Positions 1 to 12,024 of a stretch of DNA of 64,000 nucleotides are shown here, in pieces. The stretch comes from Eledone cirrhosa (taxonomy: Eukaryota): the NCBI GenBank assembly GCA_964016885.1, contig OZ024745.1:15810001-15874000 (forward strand), read 5' to 3'. The notes beneath the pieces were generated by a model. That model was not told where the DNA came from, made no database searches, and was given only the letters and a program-made list of their open reading frames with translations. The stretch's first letter is position 1. Each line of letters opens with the position of its first letter. Made by a program: the position numbers and the translations under genes.

Positions 1-65
1 TGTGAACTAAATATTATTTGTACAGATTAGCTAGCGTATTGTAGGAATTACAGAGAGACAACATA

Positions 66-670
66 GTGAGGCTCGGCATCCGGATCTGCCAACCACACCA
101 ATGTCGCTGTGGTTCCACCGTGGACTCTTTCGGCCTACACCCGCTTTCCTGTCGCCACAGTGCCGGCCGTATTCCACGCCATGCTGCCCTCAACGAGGTC
201 ATTAAGCTTGGCTTGGACGCTGCAGTCTTCCCTTCCTACCTTGAGCCGGTGGGGCTGGATCGAGGGGACGGCAAAAGGCCAGATGGCATGACCATCTTCC
301 CGTTCCGTGGTGGCAAACCCCTCGTCTGGGATGCCACTTGCACCGACACTTTCTGCAGCCACAACCTGGTGCAGTCTGCGACTGACCCAGGTTCTGCTGC
401 ACGTCGGGCTGAGGGGGTCAAACTCCTCAAATACCGGTCGCTCTCCGACAGGTTTGCGGTCGTACCCCTGGCAGTAGAGACTTCTGGTGTCCTCGATCCC
501 AGGGCTACCTTCTTACTCACCACCATAGGTGCTGAGCTGGCCAGCCGCAGGTGTGATCCCCGCCAGTTGGAATGGCTTTTCTAGCGCGTCTCCCTTGCCG
601 TCCTCCGGGAAAACGCCTTCTCCATTCTGTCCGCCGGGGCTACGGATGGGCCTCATCGCGTACCGTTGTA
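66..670 (+). pseudogene. 3' fragment of a CRE-clade (restriction-like endonuclease) non-LTR retrotransposon
   Basis: C-x-C...H..SC zinc motif, RH..LN and the KRPDG...WDAT RLE motif. In-frame TAG at 582-584, after which the frame continues RVSLAVLRENAFSILSAG. Confidence 0.8.
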
Positions 671-770
671 GTTGTTGTATACAGATATTAACTCATCAAT
701 CCCTTTGTCCTAATGGAAAATATTATAGGTCGGATAACAGACGTATATATATATATATTCCTATGTGGAT

Positions 771-771
<1 letters not shown>

Positions 772-841
<70 letters not shown>
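772..841 (+). repeat. (TATC)n microsatellite, 5' flank of Tx1 copy 1
   Basis: Direct reading. Confidence 0.97.
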
Positions 842-842
<1 letters not shown>

Positions 843-1061
843 TACGATGGACACATGTGCTGAGCTCGCTCGGTAAGTTTCGTTTAAATTTATCTGGAAA
901 TTGTGAACTGTAAACTTTCATTTTCGTACCATTTTGTAGAGGGACTGCCAGGTCAAATTTTGATCTGGTCAGTCTCTCAAAATATTCTACGCCTTTAGGC
1001 GAAATAGTGTTGTAAACATTTTATCTTTCGAAAAATTTCGAAAAATCCTATTTTGAGAAAA

Positions 1062-2928
1062 ATGGCTGAAGCATCTTCACCAACAATCAAAGAAAAAAAA
1101 GGGAAGTCATACTCACAACTTCCCCCTGCCACTGTCACAGCAGCAGATGCCAAAGGCAGAGGTCAGCCAGAGGAAGAATTTTCTTCACCTGTTGACCGAC
1201 AACTTGATGTAGCCACAACTATACAAGAAACTGAAAACAACAACAACAACGACAACAACAGCAACAATAAAGACAACAAAAACAACAACAACACAAACGT
1301 CACATATGTAGTAAACACTTCCTTTCGTAAAGAAAGGGAATGTCACACAACAAAAAATGAAAATAACAGCCCACAACAGACACCAAAAAATACAGAAAAT
1401 GAAAAAATTGAAAACACATCCAACAATACCAATCAAAAAGAAAAAAATGTCAACACAAACACCAAAGAAAATACAAACAACAGTGACAACAACAGCAAAA
1501 TTTATTTTGCTGATACCGTAAAAAAAACGGAAATATTTCAACTTTTGGATTTAACCAACGCGAAACAAAAGTTGGAAGATGCTAAACAATATGTGACTTT
1601 TGGACCCAATGGGTCATTTAGCATAAATTCACCACAAGAACTAAGGAGAGAAAATGCCCTGAACACGGTGGTTTTCAGGACAATCTCAAATGCATAAAAA
1701 AAACCAGCTCAACTATCTCAGAGTGAGAGTGAGCTAGTATTAAGGAACCACATGCATAACATTTTATTTATTCAGAAAGCCAAACCCATTTTACATTTTT
1801 CCCTACATACATGGGAAAAAGAACGCAAAAAATAAAAATTACATGTATAAGACCCAAAGTAGATAGTTGGTGGATACTTTATGGCCTAATTGACCTTGAA
1901 CAAGACACTTTGATCTCAGTAGGAAAATCCTCCAGAGATATATTTAGTGGGACTAGCATCGAAATTCTGGTGCAGATGAGCCCAGAACGTATAATGAAAA
2001 TCCCACAGAGAGTACCTCTGGATGGACAGACCTACATAAACATTTCGGTTGAAAGTAGGCGGTCCGCATGTTACCACTGCGCAAGCAGAGGTCACCTAAG
2101 GGCTGCCTGTCCTCAATTGACAAAAAACCCCCACTTTTACCAACACCACAAATAACAACACAACCACCACCACCACCACCACGACAACAAGAAAAAACAA
2201 CAGAGAACAATATTCCACCCAACTCCTCCCCACCCAAAACAAATACAAAAACACACACAGACACTACAGAACCCCAAAACATACCCCTACCCATCAACAC
2301 GGATGAGGAACCCCTATCGACGGCACCCAGCGGCGACGAGGAAGAACCCTTCCAACCCGAAGAATAAAAAGAAAGAACCGCATGAACAAAAACGAAACAA
2401 ACACACAAACACCAGCACAAACAGCACAAAAATCACAAACAAAAGTTCCCCCTCCCGAAAACAAAATACCCACAACAAAGAGAAAACACGTGCAGGAACC
2501 ACAGACAAAAACAAACACAACACAGGAAAAGTACACATACACTTACATAAACGAAGAAAATAGAACACTGATGGAGACCATCAGAAACAACCCTTTGGTC
2601 AAAACCGAAGGGAACACTTTGGATAGCTCCAACAAAAACAAAAAAATGAACCTAAAACTGATCAGGGTCCCTATAGGAACTTATAGATCCCTAAAAGAAA
2701 CATTTGTAGAGGACGTGGGGAATTCCTGCGTGAAACCAATCAACCGCGTCCTCTACAAAGGCCTCCCCACCACAGGCACCCCACCCAAGTCATCCCCACC
2801 CCACCATACACCCCTTCCCCACCCAACAACCCATCCCCACCCCGCCAGAAACCACCACCCCACCCAACAACCCATCCGCCGCCCTCATGGAAATTGTGCA
2901 GCCCGATACCCGGGACGCAGAGAGGTAA
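1062..2928 (+). pseudogene. Tx1 ORF1 (nucleic-acid binding protein, zinc knuckle), disrupted
   Basis: CYHCASRGHLRAAC; homologous to ORF1 of copies C and E; stop at 1695, deletion near 1780, frameshifts; ends MEIVQPDTRDAER*. Confidence 0.85.
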
Positions 2929-2952
2929 GTGCCTTTTCTCTTCACCACCAAC

Positions 2953-5900
2953 ATGGCTATGCTAAGAGTAGGCTGTTTAAATGCGCGTGGCCTGGGCTCA
3001 ACTTGGAAGCAAGCAATGCTTCTAAATGACCTCAGGTCACAACGTATAGATGTGATGATTATTTGCGAGGCCCGGATCAGCAACGTGCGACAGCTGGCCC
3101 CCACCTTTGATGACTTTGAGATGCACGCATCTCTCTGTCAGCCCGGAGGTGGGGGTGGGGTTGTCGTTCTGCTGCAAAAACATCTGGGTCTCACAACACA
3201 GATGGTACATTTGGACCCGGAGGGTCGACTAGTGGTTCTGGACCTTGGTAGTGGTGAAGGCGGAGCGTTTAGGTTGGTAGCCGCTTACGGCCCTTTCGGG
3301 TCAATGCGGCCGGACTTCTTCCATCGTCTGGAGACTTTTCTAGGGACGTCCCGCTCCTTGCTATTAGTGGGGGACTGGAATGGTATCCTAGATGCACGCT
3401 GGGACTACGTAGGGACCCGTCCCGATAGAGAGGGGTGCAATAGCCTCAAAGGGTTAATCGGTCGATTTGACCTGGCCGATAGATATCGACTAGATTTTCC
3501 GACTGCGCCAACCTGGACTTGGGCAGATCGTAGCGGATCATCTAGGTCGTACCTAGATAGGTTCTTAGTTAGAATTAAGGATAAGGACTTTTTAAGTTGT
3601 CCAAAAATGCGCATGGTTGGCTATTCAGACCACAAGTTAGTGACCTGCATGGTCAACCTTGACAGAACTCATAGACAGGGAGCCGGCTACTGGAAGCTCA
3701 ACTTGTCCTTACCGGCAAGTAAGGCTTACAGGGACCGGATTAGCACTTTAGTTAAGGAGCGGTTGACGGGCGCCATCGTCAACAGCAGGTGGTGGGGATC
3801 TCTCAAAAGAGAGATTAGAGTAGTCTCTATAGAATTTAGTAAGGAGTTAGCCTCTAATAGAAACAGGAAGGAAATGGAGTTGGTAGATAGTGTAGAAGAG
3901 GCAATTAGAAGCGGCGACGTGGCCAGAGTGCTAGCGTCGAGAACGGCCCTGGGCCAGTTCTTCGACGCGAAACACGAAGGCTGCATCGTCCGAAGCAAAA
4001 TACGTGCTCTGGGAAACGAGGGGACCAAAGCTGTAAGCTGGGCCCGCGTGACAGAAGCCAAAAGAGGGATCAGACCCACTATCCGGTCTTTGCGAGACCA
4101 GGATGGACGGGTGATCCTTGAACCTAAGCAGATGTGCGAGGATTTTCAAAAGCACTTTGCCGGATTGTTCGGAAGGGGCGGGGGGGGGGATGTGGACTTC
4201 GGTCCATACCTCGACGGCCTGCCGCGTCTCTCGGACAGGGAGGAGAAGTCCTGCGAGGAGCCGATTTCAGACGCTGAGATAGAGGACGTGCTGAGCCAAT
4301 GCGGCAAACGCAAATCCCCGGGTCTCGATGGTCTTCCATACGAACTATATCTAGCTATGCCGGACTTGTTCCCCGATCTCCTCGAGGCGGTCTACTGCAA
4401 CTGGCAACAGAACGGGAGAATTTCCTGTGCTGTGACCAAGGGCGTAGTCACGCTAGTGAGGAAGGACGAGAACAAGGGGGACGATATAAATAATTTCAGG
4501 CCCATAACTCTGCTAAATACAGAGTTACAGATTTTGGCCAAGGTGCTAGCAAAGAGGTTGGCGCTTGTTGTGGGCAACCTGGTGGAAGATGCGCAGACAT
4601 GTGCTATGCCGTCCAGGTCCATCCACGACAACCTCCACCTCATGCGATACATCATAGAGAGGGTTGGGAATGAACCCGGCTTTGGTGGGGCCCTGATCAA
4701 CTTGGATCAATCTAAGGCATTCGATAGGGTCGACCATGGTTACCAGGATGCGGTGCTAGCGGCGGCAGGCTTCGGACCCGTTTTCAGGGGCTGGATCAAT
4801 GCCATGCACAGCAGCCGCATCTGCTCTAGGGTCAAGGTGAACGGCTACCTCTCGGAGCCGTTCGAAATCGCGCGGTCCATCCGACAGGGGTGCCCTCTCT
4901 CCTCCCTTCTGTAGGTAGTGACTCTAGAGCCACTGCTGTGGAAGTTGGAGTTGTTGCAGGGCATCCTGTTGGAACCGGGATTGCGGAAAGCGGTGTCAGC
5001 CTACGCCGATGACGTAACAGTAATGGTGTCGATGGCCTCGGAAATCGGGGCGATCGGCACCTTACTGGAGAAGTACGATAGGTTTACAGGGGCTAAGCTG
5101 AACCGGGACAAGTCGATCGGTCTGCAACTCGGCACGTGGAGGGGCAGATCGATGCCCTCGGATGGCGTCGTCGGGCGCTGGACGGAGGGCCCGGTGAAGT
5201 TGCTCGGGGTCTGGTTCGGACCAGACCTCCAGGTGGAGAAGAACTGGGGTGAGGTAACGAACAGGGTGTTTGCACTGACCCAGAAGTGGGCCGAGTGCAA
5301 ACTGTCCCTGAAAGGTCGGGCGGAGGTGGCGAACACTTATATAGCGTCCGTCATCTACTACCGCCTGACCGTTGTGCCTTGCCCAAGGGAAACGCTCGCC
5401 AAAATGGAGCGCGCACTCTTCCAATTCCTTTGGAAGAAGCGGGCTCCTATGGTGAGGAGATCCATCTGCTGTCAACACCCTTCGAAAGGAGGGCTGGGGA
5501 TGCCGTGGCTAATGATACGTAAACACGCATTAAGGCTACGGCACCTTCAGGTATTCCTCTCCGGTCAACCGTGACTCGTCTCACTCACTGAGCTGCAATC
5601 CTGGGTCAAGCAAAGACCGAGAAAACTGGGCGCCTGGCACACCGAGTGTGCCCAGGCGCTCACCGCCCTCTGGCAGGCGGACCCGGCTGTCAGTGGAGAA
5701 TCCACCTCGTCATTCTATAGAGGGCTGGTGGTTAGCAGGTGCGACGACGCCCTCGGAGAAGCCCTAGGCATGGAGGAAGACGACCTGGCAAACCTGTTCG
5801 GTAGGACATTCAGCCCGGGACCCATGGATAACTTCCAGAGGTCCCTGGCGTGGCAATGCTACAGAAGGGCTCTGCCCGTCCGAGAAAGGCTCTACAGACA

Positions 5901-6350
5901 CGGGCGCCCGGGTAGGGACCCCTCGAAAAAGATCTGTCCCAGATGCGTGTGCGACGAGGCAACCGTTGCACACGCATTGGTACACTGCTCGGGCATTGCC
6001 GATCTGTGGGGCTATGTCGAACAACTCTGTCAAGGGTGGGACCGATTCGGTTGACCACCGAGTCTATTGTAACAATCAAGCCGCCTCCCCTCTTCAAAAA
6101 CGAAGGAGAGGCGGTGTTTATGTGCGTAATAGCCATGGCGAAAGAGGTTGCATGGTGGACGCGTCTGAAAGGACTGAGGTCAGACACCTTTTTCTCTGGC
6201 CAACAACTGGTCCGTTTCTTCCGATATCATTTCGGAAGAAGGATCAGGATGGAGAGAGAGGTGCTGCACCCCAGCCGTTTTTATGAAAGATGGATGAAAG
6301 TGGCGAGAATGGCCCGTGTGAATGGGCCTTCACTCTACATCAGACTATAG
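2953..6350 (+). pseudogene. Tx1 ORF2 (AP endonuclease + reverse transcriptase), disrupted
   Basis: CLNARGL, GDWN, YLDRF, SDH, WKLN, KSPGLDGL, FRPITLLN, KAFDRV, RQGCPLS, AYADD, GGLG; stop at 4912, deletion near 5572, frameshift near 6030. Confidence 0.93.
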
Positions 6351-6613
6351 GTGAGGAAGATGAAAGACCAAGGGAGCACCCCTACTCTGTGCTCCTGAGG
6401 AAAAGGGTTGCACACTTTTTTTCGGGGGTGTGTGCAACCCCCCAAGGCGCCTCCTCTCTATTGAGGATTTTGTTATAAATTTTATTCTGTTATATTTTAT
6501 TTTATTTTTATATTTTGTTATTGCCTCCTCCTTATTGAGGACGCCTTGTTTTGTAAACTCCCCCCATTGTACTTGTCCCACTTTTGATGCCCTGGTGGCA
6601 AATAAAAGAAACA

Positions 6614-6670
6614 TATCTATCTATCTATCTATCTATCTATATATCTATCTATCTATCTATCTATCTATCT
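6614..6670 (+). repeat. (TATC)n microsatellite, 3' flank of Tx1 copy 1
   Basis: Direct reading. Confidence 0.95.
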
Positions 6671-6905
6671 AACTAGCTATTTATCTCACACAGAAACTAA
6701 ATGTAATTTTATTTCTTAACGTTATAGTTGACCAATGCATCTGTTGTTGCATTGCTTGTTCATAGGCGTCTTATATATGAAATGATGATCAGACATGTTG
6801 GTTTTGCCCGAGGAGAACTATACTAGCAGACATAGAATATGTCTGATTTTGGTGAAAGGATGAAAAAACTTAGGTAGCACGTATATGTGTTGAGATCTTA
6901 TTTAT

Positions 6906-7200
6906 TGCAATGGCCTGGGGTTCAAGGACCCTCAACTCTTCAACAATCTGCCCAGGGATCTAAGAGATCTGTATGGTGTGGACGTGGATGTTTTCAAGAA
7001 ATATCTCGACACCTTGCTATCCAGGATCCCGGATGAGCCCACACCAAGGCACGAGGGAAACCTAAGGGCAGCAACAACGAACTCCATCTTGCACCAGTGG
7101 CCAACCAATACAGGCTGGAGATAAAATATGTAGCAACAAGGGCGGTGCCCCAGCTTGGCCTCAGCCGGTTGGCTGGAACAGGTAAAAGAGTAAAAGAGTA
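6906..7200 (+). mobile_element. 3' fragment of a CR1/L2-group LINE with (GTAAAAGA)n tail
   Basis: Manual translation PQLFNNLPRDLRDLYGVDVDVFKKYLDTLLSRIPDEP...NSILHQ...*, then an 8-bp repeat tail. Confidence 0.7.
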
Positions 7201-7266
7201 TGTAATATATATATATATATATTAATTCAAAATATTAACAAATATAGACATTCGTGTGATCAAGTA

Positions 7267-7333
7267 TATTTTATTATACATATTTCAGAGGTACTGAGCT
7301 ATCTTCAACAGTACGTCCTCATCAGATAAAATA
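7267..7333 (-). ncRNA. Minimal type I hammerhead ribozyme motif
   Basis: Minus strand: TATTTTAT-CTGATGA-stem II-GAAA-TATGTA-TAATAAAATA. Confidence 0.7.
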
Positions 7334-7392
7334 AGATGATGCATGACATACCTTGACTAAGTAGATGGTTAAAATTCAGTCATGCATCATCT

Positions 7393-7459
7393 TATTTTAT
7401 CTGATGAGGTCGTACTGTTGAAGATAGCTCAGTACCTCTGAAATATGTATAATAAAATA
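7393..7459 (+). ncRNA. Minimal type I hammerhead ribozyme motif
   Basis: Stem I TATTTTAT/ATAAAATA, CTGATGA, stem II GTACTG/CAGTAC, GAAA, short stem III, GUA triplet. Confidence 0.7.
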
Positions 7460-7597
7460 TACTTGATCACACGAATGTCTATATTTATTAATATTTTGAA
7501 TTAATATTAATAACTCCGGAAAACCATGCTGTGGAGTGCTTCTAATCTATTGTAAAACTTTATTCATTGATTTATTCATTGAACCTTGTTTAACCTT

Positions 7598-7641
<44 letters not shown>

Positions 7642-7681
7642 TATAAATATTAATAAAATAGATGTTCTTTTGATCAATTAC

Positions 7682-7735
7682 ATTTTATTATACATATTTC
7701 GGATGTACAACAGTACGTCCTCGTCAGACAAAATA
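7682..7735 (-). ncRNA. Minimal hammerhead ribozyme motif
   Basis: Minus strand: TATTTTGT-CTGACGA-GGACGTAC tgtt GTACATCC-GAAA-TATGTA-TAATAAAATG. Confidence 0.72.
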
Positions 7736-9445
7736 ATAATGATACATGACGATCCCTGAGATGTTAAATGGTTAAGATTTAATCAAGGTAGTGATTAACC
7801 TAAGAGAAAATTTAACCCCAATTATGAGAAAATACGAAAACGTAATAAATTCATTAGAGAATGTGTGAGTAAGAATAACGTTGCTTAATGTAACTGTTAT
7901 AGAGATTTTAAAATGTATGATACTACAATATATCTAGGAAAACATCTCATGAATCAAAACAGCCAGTGATAGCCACTGGAAAAGGATTTATAAAGAGGGA
8001 AAGATAAAGGGGGGGGGGAGGTGATATATGCAGAAGGAGATTTTTTCCGAAAGTTAAACGGTTAAATTTGAAAATATTTAATTTATAATATTAGGGTGAA
8101 GACTCAATATTTCGGGATTTTTTGGCTGGTTATTTATATATTAGTTTTATAAATTCTATAAGTGTGTTAACATTTCTAAGCTTCTGAGTTTTATGAGGGT
8201 AACATTTAAAGGATTTAGCTGGCACATCAAGAATGAAATATTATACTGTTGATTATTTTCCTAAATTTAAACTTTAACAAAGATACCAACATATTAGGTA
8301 TGTAAAGCCTTTGAAGTACTTATTGTTAGAAATATTTAAATAACGATTATGTATATAGATATATATTAATGAGCCAGTATATTTTAGGTAAATAACGAAA
8401 ATAAAAATAAAATAATAGATTGAGGCATGTTACGGTTAAATATACACCTATATATAACAGGGTGTAAATGCAATAATTATTCTTAGTTCAGAGTGTACGT
8501 AATCAAGAAATTTAAAAGTTAACTAAAAATTATGTATAGTATGATATAGGGAGGTATATATATATATATATATTAGGTATTAGTGGTGTAGTATACTTTA
8601 GGTAAATGATAACGGTTATAATTTTATAAAATAGAGTTCAACATGTTACATTTAAATACATATATATATATATATATATAAGAGAAATAATAATAAGTGC
8701 ATGGATAATTCAGAGTTCAAAATAATGTCTATAATAATTTTTAGTTTGGATATTTTCTCTATATTTGAATCATGTATATAGAAATGTGGTAGGTATATTT
8801 AAAAATATTTAAAAATATATAAAATATAATATATAATTACATACATATTATAATACATTATATTATAAGTAAGAGATCAAAAACGCAGCAAAAATTCACA
8901 TTTATATATAAGTTTGAATCTATTTTAAATTTTAGATTTTAAAGTGCAGTAGGTATATTTAAAAAGAATATATTCATATACTATATTATATTATACTATA
9001 AATAAGAGATCAAAAACTCATTAAAAATTCACAGTTATAGATAAGTTCCGTAAAGATGTATGGATTGGGTATTAAACTAAAATTTAAAAGAGATTAGAAA
9101 TGCATTAAAAATTCAGTTATAGATAAGTTCCGTAAAGATGTATGGGTTGGGTATTAAACTAAATTTTAAAGCATAGATAGGAAGATAGATAGATAAATAA
9201 AGAAATAGAGAAATGAAGTGATGGTATTGATCAAAGTTAATAAAATAATGTTATGTGTATCAGTATTCCGGCATGTTATTGAACAAGTATCATTCATTCG
9301 AGCATTATTTCTTCTATAGATAGCTATAATATAAAGCAAAATTAAAGGCCATTAATGTTTTTCACTGTTGATTATATATTCCTGGTAACCAAGTTATTAA
9401 TGGTTTAGTGTTATTGTCTCTTTTTTACTCGTTTTATGGGAGGCT

Positions 9446-10612
9446 AAAAAAGTGGACGTAGCTTTATGGAGGCAACTAGAGAATAATTCACTTTTTTGTT
9501 AATTAGGGTCTCATAGTTATTAATAATCAACAGGGTCTCCATTGTACAGAGCGGGCAGTTATTTGATATACTAGAGTTGCGGTAAATTCCACAGTTCCGA
9601 AGTTTTGTCCAAAGAATGGAGTATTTTAAATTCTTCTCTTTTAATGAGCTGTGATAAAGATGTGGATGATTTCCTCTTAGAGTTCGAGAATGAGCATTTA
9701 TGGTTCGCAAATCGGGCTTTGAATGTCGAAGAGGTCGAACCTATGTGTTATGATCAGTTTTTATGGTGCATTTATAAACCAAATTACTATCGAAACAATT
9801 ATTTTGCAAAGGGCAATTAGTTTTATTTCTACAATTACATTTTGGTTTAGTATCATTTATGTTAACTCTATTATTAGGATCATTATGCTGGTTTGGTTTT
9901 AGGATTTTAGTGTTTAATTTGGCAATGCTTTGGGCCATGTTACTGGTCGTAGAATGTGAGAATTTAATGGTATGTCTATTAAAAATGGAATGGTATTTAT
10001 GTTGAGTAGGAAAAGAGGTGTCAAGAGCGTTAAAGAATAATTTTGCAATTGGTGTTTTAACTGCGACCGAAGCAGGGGGTGCAAACCATATGACTGATTT
10101 AGATCTAGTTCGTATTCTCGATTTATTTAGCGTATGGGTGTTTGAATTATAATTATTAGAGTTTCTCTTATATATGTTATTATTATTATTAGGAAATACT
10201 TGGATTATTATTATCTACATATTCTATATTATTCATATACCCTGCTCTTTTTAACGCGTTGTTGTAGTATTCAGCGTTTTATCAAATATATCTTTATTAG
10301 CTGATATTTTATTAATACGTTTTTGCACACTATTTACTATAGCCTTTTTTTACAGATCTCGGGTGATTTGAATAGTTACTAACATAATTTAAGTTTTCAT
10401 TGGGCTTATGAAAAGGGTAATAGAAGCCAGTGTTTAAGTTAAAGGTAAAGGTCTAGGAAATTAACTATTTTGGTACCATTTTCTACTTCTAATTTAAGGC
10501 CGTACGTTTTAAAGAATTCTATTATACTTTTCTCTACTTTATTTAGTTCTATATTGTTGTGTTTGACCACCGTAAATAAAATGTCGTCCCTATATAAATC
10601 ACCGGTAATCTC
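9446..10612 (-). pseudogene. Penelope-like RT thumb + Cys-rich linker + GIY-YIG endonuclease remnant
   Basis: YRDDIL near 10580-10595, NFLDL, SNHP, CNCRNKTNCPLQNNC..NLVYKC, IGSTSSTFKARF, CPLC..E. Confidence 0.82.
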
Positions 10613-10694
10613 CGGCAGTTTTCTCTCTCTCTCTATATATATTATTATTATTAGAAAGTGAGGTTTTTTTTACAAAATGAAAAATAACCGAGGT

Positions 10695-11000
10695 GTCCAC
10701 ACACACAGACATCCTTAAGGAAGTGACGTAATACAGACAGTCAGACATACAGACAGATATTATAAGGGCGCGACGTTATAAGTATGTATCTATCTAAAAA
10801 GAGAAAGAGTAAAAATTATAGAGCGAGTCGCTATATCGCCTAATGTGGTCCCTATGGCATAGAAATTTGCTCAGAACATTCCCTGAAACATAAGTATTAC
10901 ATGTGTAAAGATTGAAAATAGTCGGTTGGGTGGTTCTCGAGTTTTAGGGATTCGAACTCACACACACACAGACAGACATCCTCAGTTTTATATATATAGA
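10695..11000 (-). mobile_element. Non-autonomous Helitron, 5' part
   Basis: Minus strand starts A|TCTATATATATAAAACTGAGGATGTCTGTCTG; near-identical to 38375-38670. Confidence 0.7.
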
Positions 11001-11013
11001 TCATACATATTAT

Positions 11014-12024
11014 ACCAGATAGAAAATTGCGTACAGCAAAAAAAAGTAATATTGTTGGAATATAAACCTTTAAAAATACAGGACAAGAAACTAAAATAAA
11101 ACTTTAAAAGAATAGGACAAGAAACTAAGATAAAACTTTAAAGAATTGGACAAGAAATAAAAAATTTTACAATAATATTAGTGGCAAAATTTTTATTGGT
11201 AAAAAATCGAGTTCCACATTCATAGGCTCTGGGTTCCACATTCAGAGGTCGTCGTCAGATCGGGGGATCATTTGATCCTGGTTTGAACACCAATTAGGCC
11301 ATAACCATACCCCTATTTCATCATTCGGCGACACGCCTCATGTGTCATGCATAATGTGAATGGACCCATGGGCCCATGAGCACAGATCTTGAGCAGCAGC
11401 GGACGGTCTTGTTGTCCCGCTCACCCTTGATCTTGACCAACCCGTCCATCTTCTCCTTGCATCTTGTCCTTGAGTTCAAGTCCGGCAGTCCAGATGAATG
11501 CGTGCCACAGCTTTCTGGTACAGGAAGGGGGAGCAGGAGGACTGGAGGGATGACGGGACAGAGGGAGGGAGGACCGGTGGTTGAGGGAGGTTCCGTAGTC
11601 GGTGGTCAGAGTCGACATCTTGTCCCGGTCGTCTTCTCCATCTTCGTCTGGTGTTGCGGGACCAGAAGTGCATTCTTGGAGGAGACCTGCAGCTGCATCG
11701 GCCAATTCTTCTTGCAATGGTCATTCTGACGGAGCAGAACTGCTCAGCCAACCAACCCCAACCAGAACCAACCGCTCAGGGGCAACGCACAATGAGAGCA
11801 TGACAATTATTATGCACTAATCAAGAAGATACTGGGCCATAGCACAGGAAACGAATAAAAAAATTTTGCCACTAATATTATTGTAAAAATGTTTATTTCT
11901 TGTCCAATTCTTTAAAGTTTTATCTTAGTTTCTTGTCCTATTCTTTTAAAGTTTCATTTTAGTTTCTTGTCCTGTATTTTTAACAATATTACTTTTTTTT
12001 GCTGTACGCATTTTTCTATCTGGT
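11014..12024. mobile_element. Foldback-type non-autonomous DNA transposon, about 180-bp TIRs around a GC-rich core
   Basis: 11014-11197 is the reverse complement of 11855-12024; each TIR holds three roughly 30-bp GGACAAGAAA subrepeats. Confidence 0.8.

Larger units (their letters stand above)
842..6613 (+). mobile_element. Full-length, degenerate Tx1-clade non-LTR retrotransposon (copy 1) inserted in (TATC)n
   Basis: ORF1 with CCHC knuckle; ORF2 with APE, RT and C-terminal CxxC..H..C; 3' end GCCCTGGTGGC-AAATAAAAGAAAC; TATC on both sides. Confidence 0.93.
7219..7508. mobile_element. Inverted pair of Penelope pseudo-LTR fragments (about 130-bp arms)
   Basis: 7219-7347 is a near-perfect reverse complement of 7379-7508; homologous to 7635-7790 and 36932-37110. 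Confidence 0.8.
7635..10612 (-). mobile_element. 5'-truncated Penelope-like element: RT C-terminus, GIY-YIG, long AT-rich 3' region
   Basis: Coding remnants at 9446-10612; hammerhead-bearing terminus at 7635-7790. Confidence 0.75.
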
